Counted from the stretch's first letter, positions 50,009 through 61,120 are shown. The stretch: 64,000 nucleotides of DNA from Vampirovibrio sp. (GCA_027448865.1 DAIDMR010000069.1:23931-87930); one strand, 5' to 3'. A program made the numbers and translations. The notes: generated from the sequence alone by a model not told the origin.

Positions 50009-50788
50009 ATGCGGCATTGGATATCCCTGTTTCTACTAAGCAGCCTACTAACCGGCTTCTCTAGCCCAGCGAATGCAACGACGCCTTACCATAGCAAGGC
50101 ACACACCACTTATCGGAAGCCTGCACAACGGAAAACGCCACCCAGGGTACAGCAGCACTATTCCTTTATTCCACCCAGACAACCCTCTGAAATCATTCAG
50201 CGGCTTCAAGCTCCGCTTCAAGGCCGCGTTGTTCAAGAGCAGGTAAATCCGACATCCACCACAAGCACACCGCCTGCCGCTCCAATCAGTGAACCATTAC
50301 CGGTTACCACGCGGCTTAAAAAGCCTATACCCAAAAGACTTGGGCTTTGGGAGAGTATGAAAAACCGGATTCGATCCAGTCACTCTTTGCCAGAACGGAT
50401 TACCCCACAAAACTCCTGGATTGAACACCTCTCGGATTCGGAAACTGCCTCTCTGAGTGAGATTGTTGCTCAAGTGATTCAAGCCCAAATTGCCAGCCCA
50501 CAAGCTACGCTAGTATTGGCTGATCCGCCTCAAGCCCAGCTCAAGAGCCACTTTATTCCCAGCTTGATCTATGCGCTTCAAAAACGGGGCTATGCCTTTG
50601 CCGGAAAGAATGACAGTGTGCAGAATACCTATTGGATTCGCTGCCGTATCCGGGCCTTTGAGCAAGGCCTGCTCGTTCAAATTAAAATCAACGGGCAAGA
50701 AACAAGCCGGTTGTATGCACGCTCTCAAACAGGGGCACTGGTGGCGGCTTCACCCATGACTCGTCTGGGAATAGGAGGTCAGCCCTAA
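50009..50788 (+). CDS. trbH: TrbH-like protein
   Basis: Position between trbG and trbI; signal peptide; C-terminal ALQKRGYA and SRLY pattern. Confidence 0.5.
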   Translation: MRHWISLFLLSSLLTGFSSPANATTPYHSKAHTTYRKPAQRKTPPRVQQHYSFIPPRQPSEIIQRLQAPLQGRVVQEQVNPTSTTSTPPAAPISEPLPVTTRLKKPIPKRLGLWESMKNRIRSSHSLPERITPQNSWIEHLSDSETASLSEIVAQVIQAQIASPQATLVLADPPQAQLKSHFIPSLIYALQKRGYAFAGKNDSVQNTYWIRCRIRAFEQGLLVQIKINGQETSRLYARSQTGALVAASPMTRLGIGGQP

Positions 50789-52305
50789 TGGATTCAGAAA
50801 TGCAGAGTTCTAGCCCATCCAAGCAGAACGAGACAACGCCTCATGCACCAGTCTCATCGGAACATTCGAATGAAACTCCAGCGGATAAGGCCGCCAGAAC
50901 CATTCCCAATGAAACATATCGCCTATCCGCATCCAAACCAATACCACAGGCAGATCCAGCAAGCCCTTCAGATACTAGAAGTTATAGTCATACGCCTTAT
51001 CAAGCCAAGCTCAAAGGGTTGGAACCCAACGGACTTTCAACCCATATGGCCCAATCACATCCTTTCAATGACCAGCTCAGTAAATGGCCAATCGTTGTCG
51101 GAAGCACCTTGGTTGCCCTGGCACTTTGCACGATTTTATATAACTGGATTGTACCGAAGCCTGCAATGAGTGCACAAAGTGGCGGTCCTGCACAGCAGAA
51201 GCCTGGTCCCGGTGCACCAACGCATCTGTTAGAAAAAGCACCAAACAGTGTATTGGTAGACCACTCGGCGCAGTCTACGCTCAAGGAAGAGCCTTTGATA
51301 CCGGAATCCTCGCCGCGCAGTAATAATCCTGATGCGATTAACACGAATGCGTATTCAGCGGCAGAACCCGTCGATTACCAAGCCCAGGCACAATTACAAC
51401 GTCAGCTTCAACAGGAACAAGAGGCCGCCCAACGAGAGGCGGCTCGATTAGCCCGCTTGCAAAGTGCCAAAGAATCCAACTCTACGGTTTATTCTGCGGC
51501 TTCATCCAATCAATCTTATTCATCCCAGGGCCAGCAAACTACAGCTGGACTGAACTCAACAGATACTTCCACTATCCTAGAGGCTAGCAATAATCGGCCT
51601 TCTGGCCCGGTTTTAAAAGGGCATTTAAATACTCTGGAAGGCTCGAACTATCTGCCGAATACCCGAGTTCCAGCTATTTCGCCTTATGAGGTTAAAGCAG
51701 GAACCGTCATTCCCTCGATTATGATTAGCGGTATTAACAGCGAGCTACCGGGGCAACTGATCGCGCAAGTAGTCCAGAATGTGTATGATTCGGCGACCGG
51801 TCGCTACCTACTCATACCGCAAGGGGCAAAACTGGTTGGAGCATATGATCATCAGGTTTCAACGGGTCAAAAACGGGTTTTAATTGTCTGGAACCGGATT
51901 ATCTACCCAGATTCATCTTCTTTGGATTTGGGCGCAATGGCGGGACTGGACCAGAGCGGCTATGCCGGATTTAACGACAAAACTAATAATCATGTCTGGC
52001 CCACCTTTAGAAACGCGTTGCTTTTATCCGCTATTACCGCAGGCGTACAACTCTCTCAACCGAGAGCCCAACAGGGAAATTATGCCTATTCCAGCCAGCA
52101 AATGATCGCAGGCTCGTTGGGTATGCAGCTCAATCAACTGGGCCTCTCCAGTTACCAGAACCAGGTCAATATGGCTCCCACGCTGACCATCCGGCCTGGC
52201 TACCGTTTCAATGTAATGGTGTCCAAGGATATGGTATTACCGCCATGGTCTACCAATGGGAATACCATTTCAACCGGCACGCTACAAACCGCCCAACAGT
52301 GGTGA
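50788..52305 (+). CDS. trbI: TrbI (VirB10)
   Basis: AGTVIP, GINSELPG, NVYDSATG, PTLTIRPGY. Confidence 0.93.
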   Translation: MDSEMQSSSPSKQNETTPHAPVSSEHSNETPADKAARTIPNETYRLSASKPIPQADPASPSDTRSYSHTPYQAKLKGLEPNGLSTHMAQSHPFNDQLSKWPIVVGSTLVALALCTILYNWIVPKPAMSAQSGGPAQQKPGPGAPTHLLEKAPNSVLVDHSAQSTLKEEPLIPESSPRSNNPDAINTNAYSAAEPVDYQAQAQLQRQLQQEQEAAQREAARLARLQSAKESNSTVYSAASSNQSYSSQGQQTTAGLNSTDTSTILEASNNRPSGPVLKGHLNTLEGSNYLPNTRVPAISPYEVKAGTVIPSIMISGINSELPGQLIAQVVQNVYDSATGRYLLIPQGAKLVGAYDHQVSTGQKRVLIVWNRIIYPDSSSLDLGAMAGLDQSGYAGFNDKTNNHVWPTFRNALLLSAITAGVQLSQPRAQQGNYAYSSQQMIAGSLGMQLNQLGLSSYQNQVNMAPTLTIRPGYRFNVMVSKDMVLPPWSTNGNTISTGTLQTAQQW

Positions 52306-52364
52306 ATCGAGTGTGATCTGATACGCGTAATCAATTTCAAATTTGAAAAGAGGAGGAAAAAATA

Positions 52365-52556
52365 ATGAACATTCATCAACCGAATCAACCTGTAATCAGT
52401 CGTGATATGACAGATTTTGGGGTTCCCGGCGTGGTAATTGAGGTGGATCCGATTGAAGCTGAAGCCTGGGGATCCTTTGAGGAAACCGCCATTACCGAAC
52501 AAGACGCCATTGACTCAGAAATAGATGTTGAATTGGATGTGGAGGCTGCCCAATGA
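52365..52556 (+). CDS. traD: IncP-type TraD, small acidic protein
   Basis: EVDPIEAEAWGSFEETAITEQDA; coupled to traC. Confidence 0.65.
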   Translation: MNIHQPNQPVISRDMTDFGVPGVVIEVDPIEAEAWGSFEETAITEQDAIDSEIDVELDVEAAQ

Positions 52557-54757
52557 GCGATTACGCCAAAACCGTGTCTGAATCTATCATTAGGCAACTA
52601 CAAGAGGGAACCGCCCCATGGCTACGACCCTGGCAAACTGGAGAACGTTATCTTCCGTTTAACCCAACCACGGGCAATGCATATAAGGGCATTAACGCCA
52701 TTTGGTTGCTCTCTATTACGGAAGCCAGAGGCTATGGGGATACCCGCTGGATGACCTATAAGCAAGCGAGCAGTCTGGACGCTCAAGTGAACAAAGGCGA
52801 AAAAGGAACCATGATCCAGTTCTGGAAGTGGCACGATGAAATTCTGAAGCGGGATGATGAAGGCAAGCCAGTTTTGGATGAAAATGGTAATCCAGCCAAA
52901 GTTTTGATACGCCTACAATGCCCTAAAGTTCGTACTGCAATCGTCTTTAATGCCCAGCAAATCAACGGTTTACCGGCTATTGAAAACAAAGCCCTCCTCA
53001 CTGAGTGGGAGCGCCACCTGGAAGCCGAAGCCATCTTGAAGGATTCCCAAGCCAGGATTGAGCACGTACCAGGAAACCGGGCCTTTTACCGGCCATCCAG
53101 CGATAGCATTACACTGCCACTCAGAGAGCAATTTCCTACGGCAGATAATTATTATGCAACCGCTCTGCATGAATTGGGCCATTGGACCGGGCATGAGTCC
53201 AGGCTGAATCGTGACATCAAGCATCCGTTTGGTTCGGAGGCTTATGCCAAAGAAGAATTGCGGGCGGAAATCGCGTCCCTGATGCTGGGTGAAAAACTCA
53301 GTATCGGGCACGATCCAGGGCAGCATGTTGCCTATATTGGATCCTGGATCAAGGCGTTAGAGGAAGACCCGCGAGAAATTTTCAGGGCGTCAGCCGATGC
53401 TGAAAAAATCACCCAGTATCTTCTGGGCCGTGAAATGCAAAAGGTCCAGAGCCAAGACATTGAAGAACAGGCAAAAATTCAAGTGCCTGTATTAAAAATT
53501 CAGGAGGAGAGTGCATTGAGAACTACGCCTGAGCGGGTCTATTTGGATGTCCCCTATGCCGAAAAAGAGGCAGTCAAGAAACTAGGAGCCAAGTGGGACC
53601 GACAGGAGAAATCCTGGTATGTTCCGGCAGGCATTGCGTTAGAACCCTTGAAACAATGGTTAAAGAGTCAAAATACGGTTTCCAAGGATCCACAGGCCGA
53701 GTTTGCCTCAGCACTGCAAGAGGCAGGCTTACAGTTGAAAGGCTTACCCATTATGGATGGAAAGCTGCATCGAGTCCCTGTAGAAGGTGATAAGCACGGT
53801 CAAAAGAATGGCGGGTATGTTGGCTTTATGGACGGGCATCCTGCAGGCTACATCAACAACTACAAAACAGGTCTGGAAACCACTTGGAAATCAGAACAGC
53901 CGGTGAATCGTTTAAGTGACAGTGAGCGCTTGCGTCTGGAGCAAGAAGCTACGCAACGGCAATTGAAACGGGCACAGGAAAGAGAGGAGCTTCAAACTCA
54001 AACTGCGGATTTGGTGGCCGATTGCTGGCTGAACGCTGCCCCCGCGCAAAATCACCCGTATTTGGACCGAAAAAGTGTTCAAGCCCATGGCTTAAGAGTC
54101 AATACCTGTGGCTCGGTGGAAATTGGTCATGCTCAGCCTGATGAGCCCGCCCAGCAATGGAGTGGTCATGGAGAATTGCTCATCCCCATTGTCGACATCA
54201 ATGGCCGCTTCTGGGGTGCCCAATCCATTGATGATCAAGGGCGTAAGAGTTTCCCTCGGGGTGGCCGGATTCAGGGCGGGCACCACGTGTTAGGGCATAT
54301 CCAAGAGGGGCAGCCCATTTTAATTGCAGAAGGGTACGCCACTGCCGCGACGGTGCATGAATCTTCGGGACTGCCGGTTGTGGTGGCGTTTAATTCTGGA
54401 AACGTGCCGGTTGTCGCGCAAGCGTTTCGAGACAAGCACCCAGCCAGCACATTGGTAATTGCCGGGGATAACGATCACAGCAAACCAATTGAGAAGAATG
54501 TCGGACTCCAGAAAGCCCAAGAGGCCGCTCAAAAGGTGGATGGTCATCTGCTACTGCCTGAATTTGAAAAAGGCTCAACAGGAACAGACTGGAATGATTT
54601 GGCTCAGGAAAAGGGAAAAGATGCAGTTCGGCTTCAGTTGCAAGTAGGTATATCGCTCATCAAGGCGCAAGCCAAGCCGTTCATACAACAAGTCTCATCC
54701 GCTCTTGAGGCGAAAGTCAATCTCACTCCCACGAAGCCTCAGGCCTTGACGCGATGA
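52553..54757 (+). CDS. traC: TraC DNA primase with ArdC-like N-terminus, zincin domain, DUF5710-like segment and Toprim
   Basis: GTAPWLRPW, HELGH, YLDVPYAEK, IAEGYATA, AGDND, DWND. Confidence 0.9.
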   Translation: MSDYAKTVSESIIRQLQEGTAPWLRPWQTGERYLPFNPTTGNAYKGINAIWLLSITEARGYGDTRWMTYKQASSLDAQVNKGEKGTMIQFWKWHDEILKRDDEGKPVLDENGNPAKVLIRLQCPKVRTAIVFNAQQINGLPAIENKALLTEWERHLEAEAILKDSQARIEHVPGNRAFYRPSSDSITLPLREQFPTADNYYATALHELGHWTGHESRLNRDIKHPFGSEAYAKEELRAEIASLMLGEKLSIGHDPGQHVAYIGSWIKALEEDPREIFRASADAEKITQYLLGREMQKVQSQDIEEQAKIQVPVLKIQEESALRTTPERVYLDVPYAEKEAVKKLGAKWDRQEKSWYVPAGIALEPLKQWLKSQNTVSKDPQAEFASALQEAGLQLKGLPIMDGKLHRVPVEGDKHGQKNGGYVGFMDGHPAGYINNYKTGLETTWKSEQPVNRLSDSERLRLEQEATQRQLKRAQEREELQTQTADLVADCWLNAAPAQNHPYLDRKSVQAHGLRVNTCGSVEIGHAQPDEPAQQWSGHGELLIPIVDINGRFWGAQSIDDQGRKSFPRGGRIQGGHHVLGHIQEGQPILIAEGYATAATVHESSGLPVVVAFNSGNVPVVAQAFRDKHPASTLVIAGDNDHSKPIEKNVGLQKAQEAAQKVDGHLLLPEFEKGSTGTDWNDLAQEKGKDAVRLQLQVGISLIKAQAKPFIQQVSSALEAKVNLTPTKPQALTR

Positions 54758-55007
54758 TGTTGACTGACGCTCACCTAATTTTTTCGTCTCTCAATTCCAT
54801 CTCTCTTAATCTTCTTGGTTCACAATCAGGACATGATGAATGGATATATCCGGTGTATAAGCATTCGGGTTTACTTTTTGATTTCAGTTGAATTAATTGG
54901 TAGAAGGCTTTCTAATCTGCTTTGCGCAGATCTGGAAAAAGTCCTATGCATCAAATAAACTCTGCTGTAAAATGCCTTAATCGTTGATTAGACCAGAGAG
55001 GCTTCGA

Positions 55008-56111
55008 GTGGCTGGGGAAATTAGAAATAGCCAAGATGCTTTTACGTTCCAGGATATACCCGAGCCAAACAGTGTTATTGCTACCGCTGCAAAGATTCAA
55101 TTTGGGAAGCCCATCCCTCCTCAGCAGCAGGTCTTCCTATATAGCGCTGATGAATGGGAGTATTTCATCGAAGAGTGGGTGCATAGCCAGAAACAAAATT
55201 ATACAAAGGTTCGTCGATATGCTGGCGCTAATGACATGGGCATTGACGTTGCTGGATTTGTTGATGATACTGGTCTCCAAAGTGATTGGGACAATTTTCA
55301 ATGTAAGCACTATGATGGTGCACTAGCCCCCAGTACAGCAGCGGCTGAGGTGGCAAAAATTCTTTGGCATTCATTTCAAGGTAAATATATACCCCCACGC
55401 GCTTACTATTTTATAGCTCCTAAAGGTTGCGGGACTAGTCTCTCCAGGCTTTTAGACAACCCATCAAACTTGAAGAAGCATATTATAGAGAAGTGGGATA
55501 AGCAGTGTGCAAAGGCAATCACTGCAACACGAGTGATCCTTCTTGAAGAATCCTTTCTTGCCTATATAAACAATTTTGATTTCTCAATATTTAAGGCTCG
55601 CACTTTATTGGAGATTATCGATGACCATCGCAAGACTCCCTATTATGCTAATAGATTTGGAGGTGGATTGCCCGATAGGCCCATAGTGAAACGGCCTCCT
55701 GAGAATCTGGCAGATGGAGAAAGTCGTTATATTGAGCAACTTTTTGAAGCCTATAGCGATCATACAAAAAGTGAAGTCACACACCTGGAAAGTTTGAGGA
55801 GCGATCTGATTGATCATTATCATCGGCAACGAGAAACGTTTTATCACGCCGAAGCCCTGCGGAATTTCTCACGAGATACTGTTCCACCTGGCACGTTTGA
55901 GCAACTACAAGATGAGGTTCATGCCGGAGTGATTGACATTGAGGGACTTTTACACGCCGATGGGTATGCTCGTTTAAATGAAATCCTCAAGTCAGCCACG
56001 CAGCTTCAAATGACCTCAAATGCCCTGATGAGTGTTGTGAAAATCCAGGATAGAAAAGGAATCTGTCATCAGCTCTCTAACGAAGACCGTTTGCGCTGGA
56101 GGAAGCCATGA
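55008..56111 (+). CDS. lmuA: Lamassu effector LmuA, Mrr-like nuclease with ABC-3C C-terminal domain
   Basis: DMGIDV...FQCKHY D..QxK nuclease motif; C-terminal GICHQL; ORF extends to 54984. Confidence 0.75.
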   Translation: MAGEIRNSQDAFTFQDIPEPNSVIATAAKIQFGKPIPPQQQVFLYSADEWEYFIEEWVHSQKQNYTKVRRYAGANDMGIDVAGFVDDTGLQSDWDNFQCKHYDGALAPSTAAAEVAKILWHSFQGKYIPPRAYYFIAPKGCGTSLSRLLDNPSNLKKHIIEKWDKQCAKAITATRVILLEESFLAYINNFDFSIFKARTLLEIIDDHRKTPYYANRFGGGLPDRPIVKRPPENLADGESRYIEQLFEAYSDHTKSEVTHLESLRSDLIDHYHRQRETFYHAEALRNFSRDTVPPGTFEQLQDEVHAGVIDIEGLLHADGYARLNEILKSATQLQMTSNALMSVVKIQDRKGICHQLSNEDRLRWRKP

Positions 56112-56602
56112 AAGCTGCAAATCATTTGAGCCCTTTCAATGGACCACTAGAGGCTGGGATTCGAGCACTGGGCATTCTCCTTCCCGCATTTCCTCGTTCT
56201 TTTGACTTGCAACGTCTGGTAGCACTTGACCACTTGGTTGTGCATACCGGAGATGTAGGAGGACCAGAGAGCCTTCACCCTCCACTTCCTCTTCGCTCTG
56301 CGGAGCTGACTATCCGTCGCTCTGTAGTCGAGCGAGGCATTCTGCTTATGGTGAATCGAGGATTAATTGAACGAGTTATGGATGATACGGGGCTAAGCTA
56401 TCGTGCTGGAGATTTAGCACAAACATTCATGTCAACTCTATCTGCCGATTATCTCATTGCCCTTCAAGAGCGTGGTGAATGGGTAGTTTCCACTTTTGCA
56501 GATCTGGATGATGATCAACTTCGCCAAACCATAGGTGATCTGTTTGGACGCTGGATTGAGGAGTTTCAGGCAACACAGCGCAGCATGGCATTAGGAGTAT
56601 AA
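56108..56602 (+). CDS. lmuC: Lamassu middle component LmuC
   Basis: PFNGPLEAGIR, LDHLVVH, SLHP; lies between effector and ATPase. Confidence 0.75.
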   Translation: MKAANHLSPFNGPLEAGIRALGILLPAFPRSFDLQRLVALDHLVVHTGDVGGPESLHPPLPLRSAELTIRRSVVERGILLMVNRGLIERVMDDTGLSYRAGDLAQTFMSTLSADYLIALQERGEWVVSTFADLDDDQLRQTIGDLFGRWIEEFQATQRSMALGV

Positions 56603-56606
56603 CAAT

Positions 56607-58451
56607 ATGCCAACTCGTTTAATACTTCGTCATCTCTGCTTTACAGGACCGGATCAACCACCAGCGATTCTTACATTTGAGCGTGGTCTAAACGTACTTT
56701 ATGGGGCATCAGATACTGGAAAGTCTTTTGTTCTAGAAGCTATTGACTTTATGTTGGGTGGTAAAAAACCCCTTAGAGACATAAAAGAACGGATTGGATA
56801 CGATAAGGTATTTCTTGGCATAGAGACGACGGATGGTTCTATATTTACACTGTATAGAAGTACAAGTGGTGGAAGCTTTTATCTGTTTGAAGGATTGCAT
56901 CAATCATTTCCCCAAGATGTAGAAGCTCTCTCGCTTGCACCGCAGCATAAGAAAGGTAAAGATGATAGTCTGTCTAGCTTCCTGCTAGAAATAGTGGGAC
57001 TTAACGGCAAAAAAATCAGGAAGAATAATAAAGGCATAAACCAACAATTTACCTTCCGTAACCTTGCAAGGTTTTGTGTTGTTGCAGAAGGAGCTATTCA
57101 AGACCAACGCTCTCCTATTGAAAGTGGACAAGCCATTTCAGAAACCGCAGAATATTCAGCATTTAAGCTTCTGCTGACTGGCCTTGATGATAGTGCGATC
57201 ATTCCTGCACAGAAAAATTCTACCCTTTCACAATCTCAAGCAGGCAAACTTGAGATCCTTGATGAAATTCTTTCCAATCTCAAAGAGAAATTTTCTGGTG
57301 CCCTACCTGCCGCTGAGGAACTAGATGAAGCCTTGGCAAAACATGAGTCTATGATTGCTATTGAGTTCCAAAATCTTCAATCATCGGAGAGTGAATACCA
57401 GATACTTGTTTCCCGTAGGGATTCGTTACGCTTTAAGCTTCAAAATGGAGTCGAGCGTCGCGGCGAAATTCAAGACTTGCATACCAGATTTGCTCTGCTT
57501 GATCAACACTACCAATCCGACCTTTCAAGATTGGCTAGTATCCGAGAAGCCGGTTCTCTTATGGCTGTATTGCCAGAGCATACATGCTCGCTTTGTGGTG
57601 CTGAACCTAAGGATCAGCACAAAAAATCTGACTGCGATGGCAATATAGAAGCTGTAGTTTCTGCCTCTGATGCAGAGAGTGCTAAGATACTATTGCTTCG
57701 TAGGGAGCTTAACGATACCATTGCCCAACTAAAACAAGAAGCTGACGGTTTTGACCATTTAATACCAAATCTTCGAGGCGAACTAGCGACGATTGAAGAG
57801 CAGATTAAGCCTTTAAGACCTGCTTTAATAGAGCGTCGGATATACTATGCCAATCTAGTTGATGGAAGGGCAGCTATCCGTAATGAGCTTGCACTGTATG
57901 ACCAGTTAGTAGAACTTCAGACTCGTCGCAGTAAAATCCAAGTTCTACTTGAAGCAGAGGGGAATACGTCTCAACCAACTACTGATTTTCCAATATCAGT
58001 TCTAGATGAATTTGCTCAACAGATAGAGCGAGTGCTCAAAGCATGGCATTTACCCGGAGCCGAACGAGTACAATTCAACGAGACAGACCGTGACCTTATT
58101 ATTGATGGCAGTAGACGAGGAAGCCATGGCAAAGGCATGCGTTCCATTACCCATGCTGCGTTTACAATTGGACTTTTAGAATATTGTAAAAGCAAGAATC
58201 TACCCCACCCTGGCTTCATAGTGCTGGATTCCCCTCTGCTTGCATATCGCCAGCCTGAGGGGGATGAGGATGATCTTCGGGGTACTGATGTGCAAGATCG
58301 ATTCTATGAATATTTAGCACAATGGGAAGATGCTCAAGTGCTAATTATTGAAAACGTTACCCCTCCTGATGCAGTTCAGAAATCACCAACAACCCAAATT
58401 TTCACTGGAAACCATAATTTAGGTCGTTATGGATTTTTTCCAGATCTCTAA
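56607..58451 (+). CDS. lmuB: Lamassu SMC/Rad50-like ABC ATPase LmuB
   Basis: Walker A GASDTGKS, coiled coil with CSLC hook, HGKG signature, Walker B IVLDSP. Confidence 0.8.
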   Translation: MPTRLILRHLCFTGPDQPPAILTFERGLNVLYGASDTGKSFVLEAIDFMLGGKKPLRDIKERIGYDKVFLGIETTDGSIFTLYRSTSGGSFYLFEGLHQSFPQDVEALSLAPQHKKGKDDSLSSFLLEIVGLNGKKIRKNNKGINQQFTFRNLARFCVVAEGAIQDQRSPIESGQAISETAEYSAFKLLLTGLDDSAIIPAQKNSTLSQSQAGKLEILDEILSNLKEKFSGALPAAEELDEALAKHESMIAIEFQNLQSSESEYQILVSRRDSLRFKLQNGVERRGEIQDLHTRFALLDQHYQSDLSRLASIREAGSLMAVLPEHTCSLCGAEPKDQHKKSDCDGNIEAVVSASDAESAKILLLRRELNDTIAQLKQEADGFDHLIPNLRGELATIEEQIKPLRPALIERRIYYANLVDGRAAIRNELALYDQLVELQTRRSKIQVLLEAEGNTSQPTTDFPISVLDEFAQQIERVLKAWHLPGAERVQFNETDRDLIIDGSRRGSHGKGMRSITHAAFTIGLLEYCKSKNLPHPGFIVLDSPLLAYRQPEGDEDDLRGTDVQDRFYEYLAQWEDAQVLIIENVTPPDAVQKSPTTQIFTGNHNLGRYGFFPDL

Positions 58452-58661
58452 TTGAACCTCTGTCACATTGTGCCAAAATTAAATTTATATCATTTTAAAT
58501 TTAATTTACATGCCCTACCTGAGGGCATCTTTGCATCTTTTACCAACGACTTCTAGCAGAAGTAATCACAGGAAACATAGATCCCTATTTAAAATTCTAG
58601 CAAACTAGATACACAAGAAATGACTTCGTTTCTTTCTTCCCATGACTGGTAGGGCTAAAAT

Positions 58662-59198
58662 CTATGAGGGTAATTTCCAGGCTAAATAGCCAATACACTT
58701 TATTTGTTGAAGTGAGATAGGCCCAAAATAACGGCTGTCCAGGCTATTTCTATGGTAAGGCGAAATCAGCCAAACTTCCCCTTGTTTCACCCGATAGTCA
58801 CCGGGATTGAGTTGGGGCAAAGGTAAGCTAGTCCGGCCAAAGCTCTGTGATTGGCTTTTAGGGAGCCACTTCCCATTGATGGCTATACCTTGAGGTGTTA
58901 TTGAAACGATATCGTTTGAAACGGCTGCCACGGGCTTCATAAGATGGCTATAACCACCAGGACAATCGCCATCGGGAATGTAACCTCGTTGCTTGGCGAT
59001 TCGAAAGAAAGGTTTATCTGGCGGGCAAAGCCAGACAAACTGTCCCCTCCGAATAGGGCCATGAATAGGTTCCACCTTCCAAATGCCTGGCGGAACGGAG
59101 GGCGTGGTAATAATTCGGTAGCCTTGAGCATAAAATAGCCCTAGAAAGCTCCCAATGAGGGCAACCGCAATAAAATATCGAATTAACAGCAACTTCAT
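58662..59198 (-). CDS. traF: Conjugative pilin-processing peptidase TraF (S26)
   Basis: TPSVPPG, GDCPGG, MKPVAA, SLDSRYFGP. Confidence 0.9.
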   Translation of the reverse strand: MKLLLIRYFIAVALIGSFLGLFYAQGYRIITTPSVPPGIWKVEPIHGPIRRGQFVWLCPPDKPFFRIAKQRGYIPDGDCPGGYSHLMKPVAAVSNDIVSITPQGIAINGKWLPKSQSQSFGRTSLPLPQLNPGDYRVKQGEVWLISPYHRNSLDSRYFGPISLQQIKCIGYLAWKLPS

Positions 59199-61120
59199 CG
59201 GGCTTGTATTGGCGGTTGTTGGATCCGCTCCAATACCACAGGCTGGACCCGATGTTTGGTAGCAGGGCATGTGGAACTTTCACTTGAAGACGCCAAACCG
59301 CCCGCATGTTTAAGCCGGATTTGCTTGGCATCCAAGATTTTATCTGACTGTTTGGGTGGACCAATTTTGGCGGCTTCCTTAAACCAGGGATCCCGGAAAT
59401 ATAGGATTTGGGTTCCTTTGATGGGGGCATGGCCCGCTGCAAAAATCAGCATTTCTCCTGGGTTTTGGATGTTTCCCAGTCGGTCTTTTCGTGGGGCTTT
59501 TAACCGCATTACCTCATCCGGGGTCATTAGGGGACGCCCTAGGGAGTGAAACGAACGGCTGACTTGCCCTAACATCCCGCTAGAGCGTTTCCCAGAGCTA
59601 GTGTAATCCTCCTTGACCACGGTGGCCTGTCCCAGTAATTTAGATAACCATTCTGCCGTCAGCACGTTATTGGGCGCGTATGCCACTCGGATGTGACAGT
59701 TAGCCAGAATGCTTTCGTTTTGGCCGTATGCGGCCTGAAGTTGGGCGATATCCTGCATGATGAGATAGGCTTTCATTCCATAACCAGCAATGAACGCCAG
59801 AGCCTCTTGAAAGATTTCCAGACGGCCAAAAGTCGGGAACTCATCCAACATTAATAGTAGGCGCTGTTCATAGGATTTGGCAGGCTGGCCGCCTTCAAAC
59901 TTTTGCTCATCACGAGTTAAAACTCGGACAATCTGGTTCAGAATTAGGCGCATTAAAGGTTTCAGCCGGTCTTTATCTGCCGGGCGCACAACCAGATAAA
60001 GTGAAACCGCGTGTTTTTGATGCATCAGGTCATGAATGGAAAAGTCACTGCGGCTAATGTTTCGGGCCACCAACGGATCCCGGTAAATGGTTAAAAAGGC
60101 CTGGGCAGAGGAAAGCACCGAGCCCCGTTCCTGCTCTGGCCGGTTTAGCATATCCTGGCCCGCTGCCGCTACCACTTGCCGAGCCGTTTGGCTGCTGTGC
60201 TGGTTTTCAACCATTTCTTGATACAGCGCATCAATGGGCCGTGTCGGATCCGAGATGGCATAGGCCACCTCTGATAAACTGGCTTTTTTATCAGTCTTGT
60301 AAATCAGATGCAAAATGAGACCGGTTAAAAACGCATGCGCGGTCTTGGCCCAGTGATCCACCAGGCCTTTTCCATCAGGGTCGACAATAATATTGGCCAG
60401 GTTTTGCACATCCCCCACTTCCGTCACGCCTAGGCGTACCTCATCCAGAGGGTTAAAAGCGCAACTGCCTCTTTCAGACGCCGGATCAAACTTCAGAACG
60501 GTACCATTCAGCTCATGTTTTCGGTAACCCGCCGTTAAATTCCAGAGTTCTGCCTTCATATCATTGACCACCACCGAATGCGGCCATGTCAGTAAGGTGG
60601 GAACGACCAGGCCCACACCCTTTCCAGACCGTGTGGGCGCAATGGCTGCAATATGCTCAGGTCCATTGTGCCGTAGGTAATGAAGTCGTTTCTTCTGATC
60701 CATCCAGCCGCCTACATACACCCCGGCGCTGGAGTCATGGGAATTGGGCAATAGGCCGGTGTCTTCAATTTCTTCTTGGGCGGCAAAATGGGCGGTGCCA
60801 TGTACGTCCTGGTGTCCTTGGGGATTTCGTGCCCGTACATTCAACAGGGTCGAGTATGAAAAAATGGTTATTCCCAGCGTTAAAAGCAGGAAAACGTTGA
60901 CCACTGAAAACGTTTGAGGACCATTGTCGGCAAACTGAGCCTGCCAAACTAGCCAATTCCAGGGCGCGTAAAAATGATCAAACCAAGGATTTCCCAGCGC
61001 TAGCTCATAGTGAAAACGCTCGGCCACAAACTGAGTGGCCATTATGCTGGCCAGAAGTAGGACAAAAGCAATGACAGTAAAATCCAGTGACGTCTGAGTT
61101 CTTGTGGCTGCTTTGGTCAT
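59195..61120 (-). CDS. traG: Type IV coupling protein TraG (VirD4)
   Basis: HGTAHFA, APTRSGKGVG, LDEF, RPLMTPDE. Confidence 0.95.
   Translation of the reverse strand: MTKAATRTQTSLDFTVIAFVLLLASIMATQFVAERFHYELALGNPWFDHFYAPWNWLVWQAQFADNGPQTFSVVNVFLLLTLGITIFSYSTLLNVRARNPQGHQDVHGTAHFAAQEEIEDTGLLPNSHDSSAGVYVGGWMDQKKRLHYLRHNGPEHIAAIAPTRSGKGVGLVVPTLLTWPHSVVVNDMKAELWNLTAGYRKHELNGTVLKFDPASERGSCAFNPLDEVRLGVTEVGDVQNLANIIVDPDGKGLVDHWAKTAHAFLTGLILHLIYKTDKKASLSEVAYAISDPTRPIDALYQEMVENQHSSQTARQVVAAAGQDMLNRPEQERGSVLSSAQAFLTIYRDPLVARNISRSDFSIHDLMHQKHAVSLYLVVRPADKDRLKPLMRLILNQIVRVLTRDEQKFEGGQPAKSYEQRLLLMLDEFPTFGRLEIFQEALAFIAGYGMKAYLIMQDIAQLQAAYGQNESILANCHIRVAYAPNNVLTAEWLSKLLGQATVVKEDYTSSGKRSSGMLGQVSRSFHSLGRPLMTPDEVMRLKAPRKDRLGNIQNPGEMLIFAAGHAPIKGTQILYFRDPWFKEAAKIGPPKQSDKILDAKQIRLKHAGGLASSSESSTCPATKHRVQPVVLERIQQPPIQAR

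Noticed and set aside
41871..52305. trb cluster as a dedicated effector-injection T4SS
   Set aside because: Linked relaxase, oriT, primase, entry-exclusion gene and att site point to conjugation; an extra effector role cannot be judged from sequence
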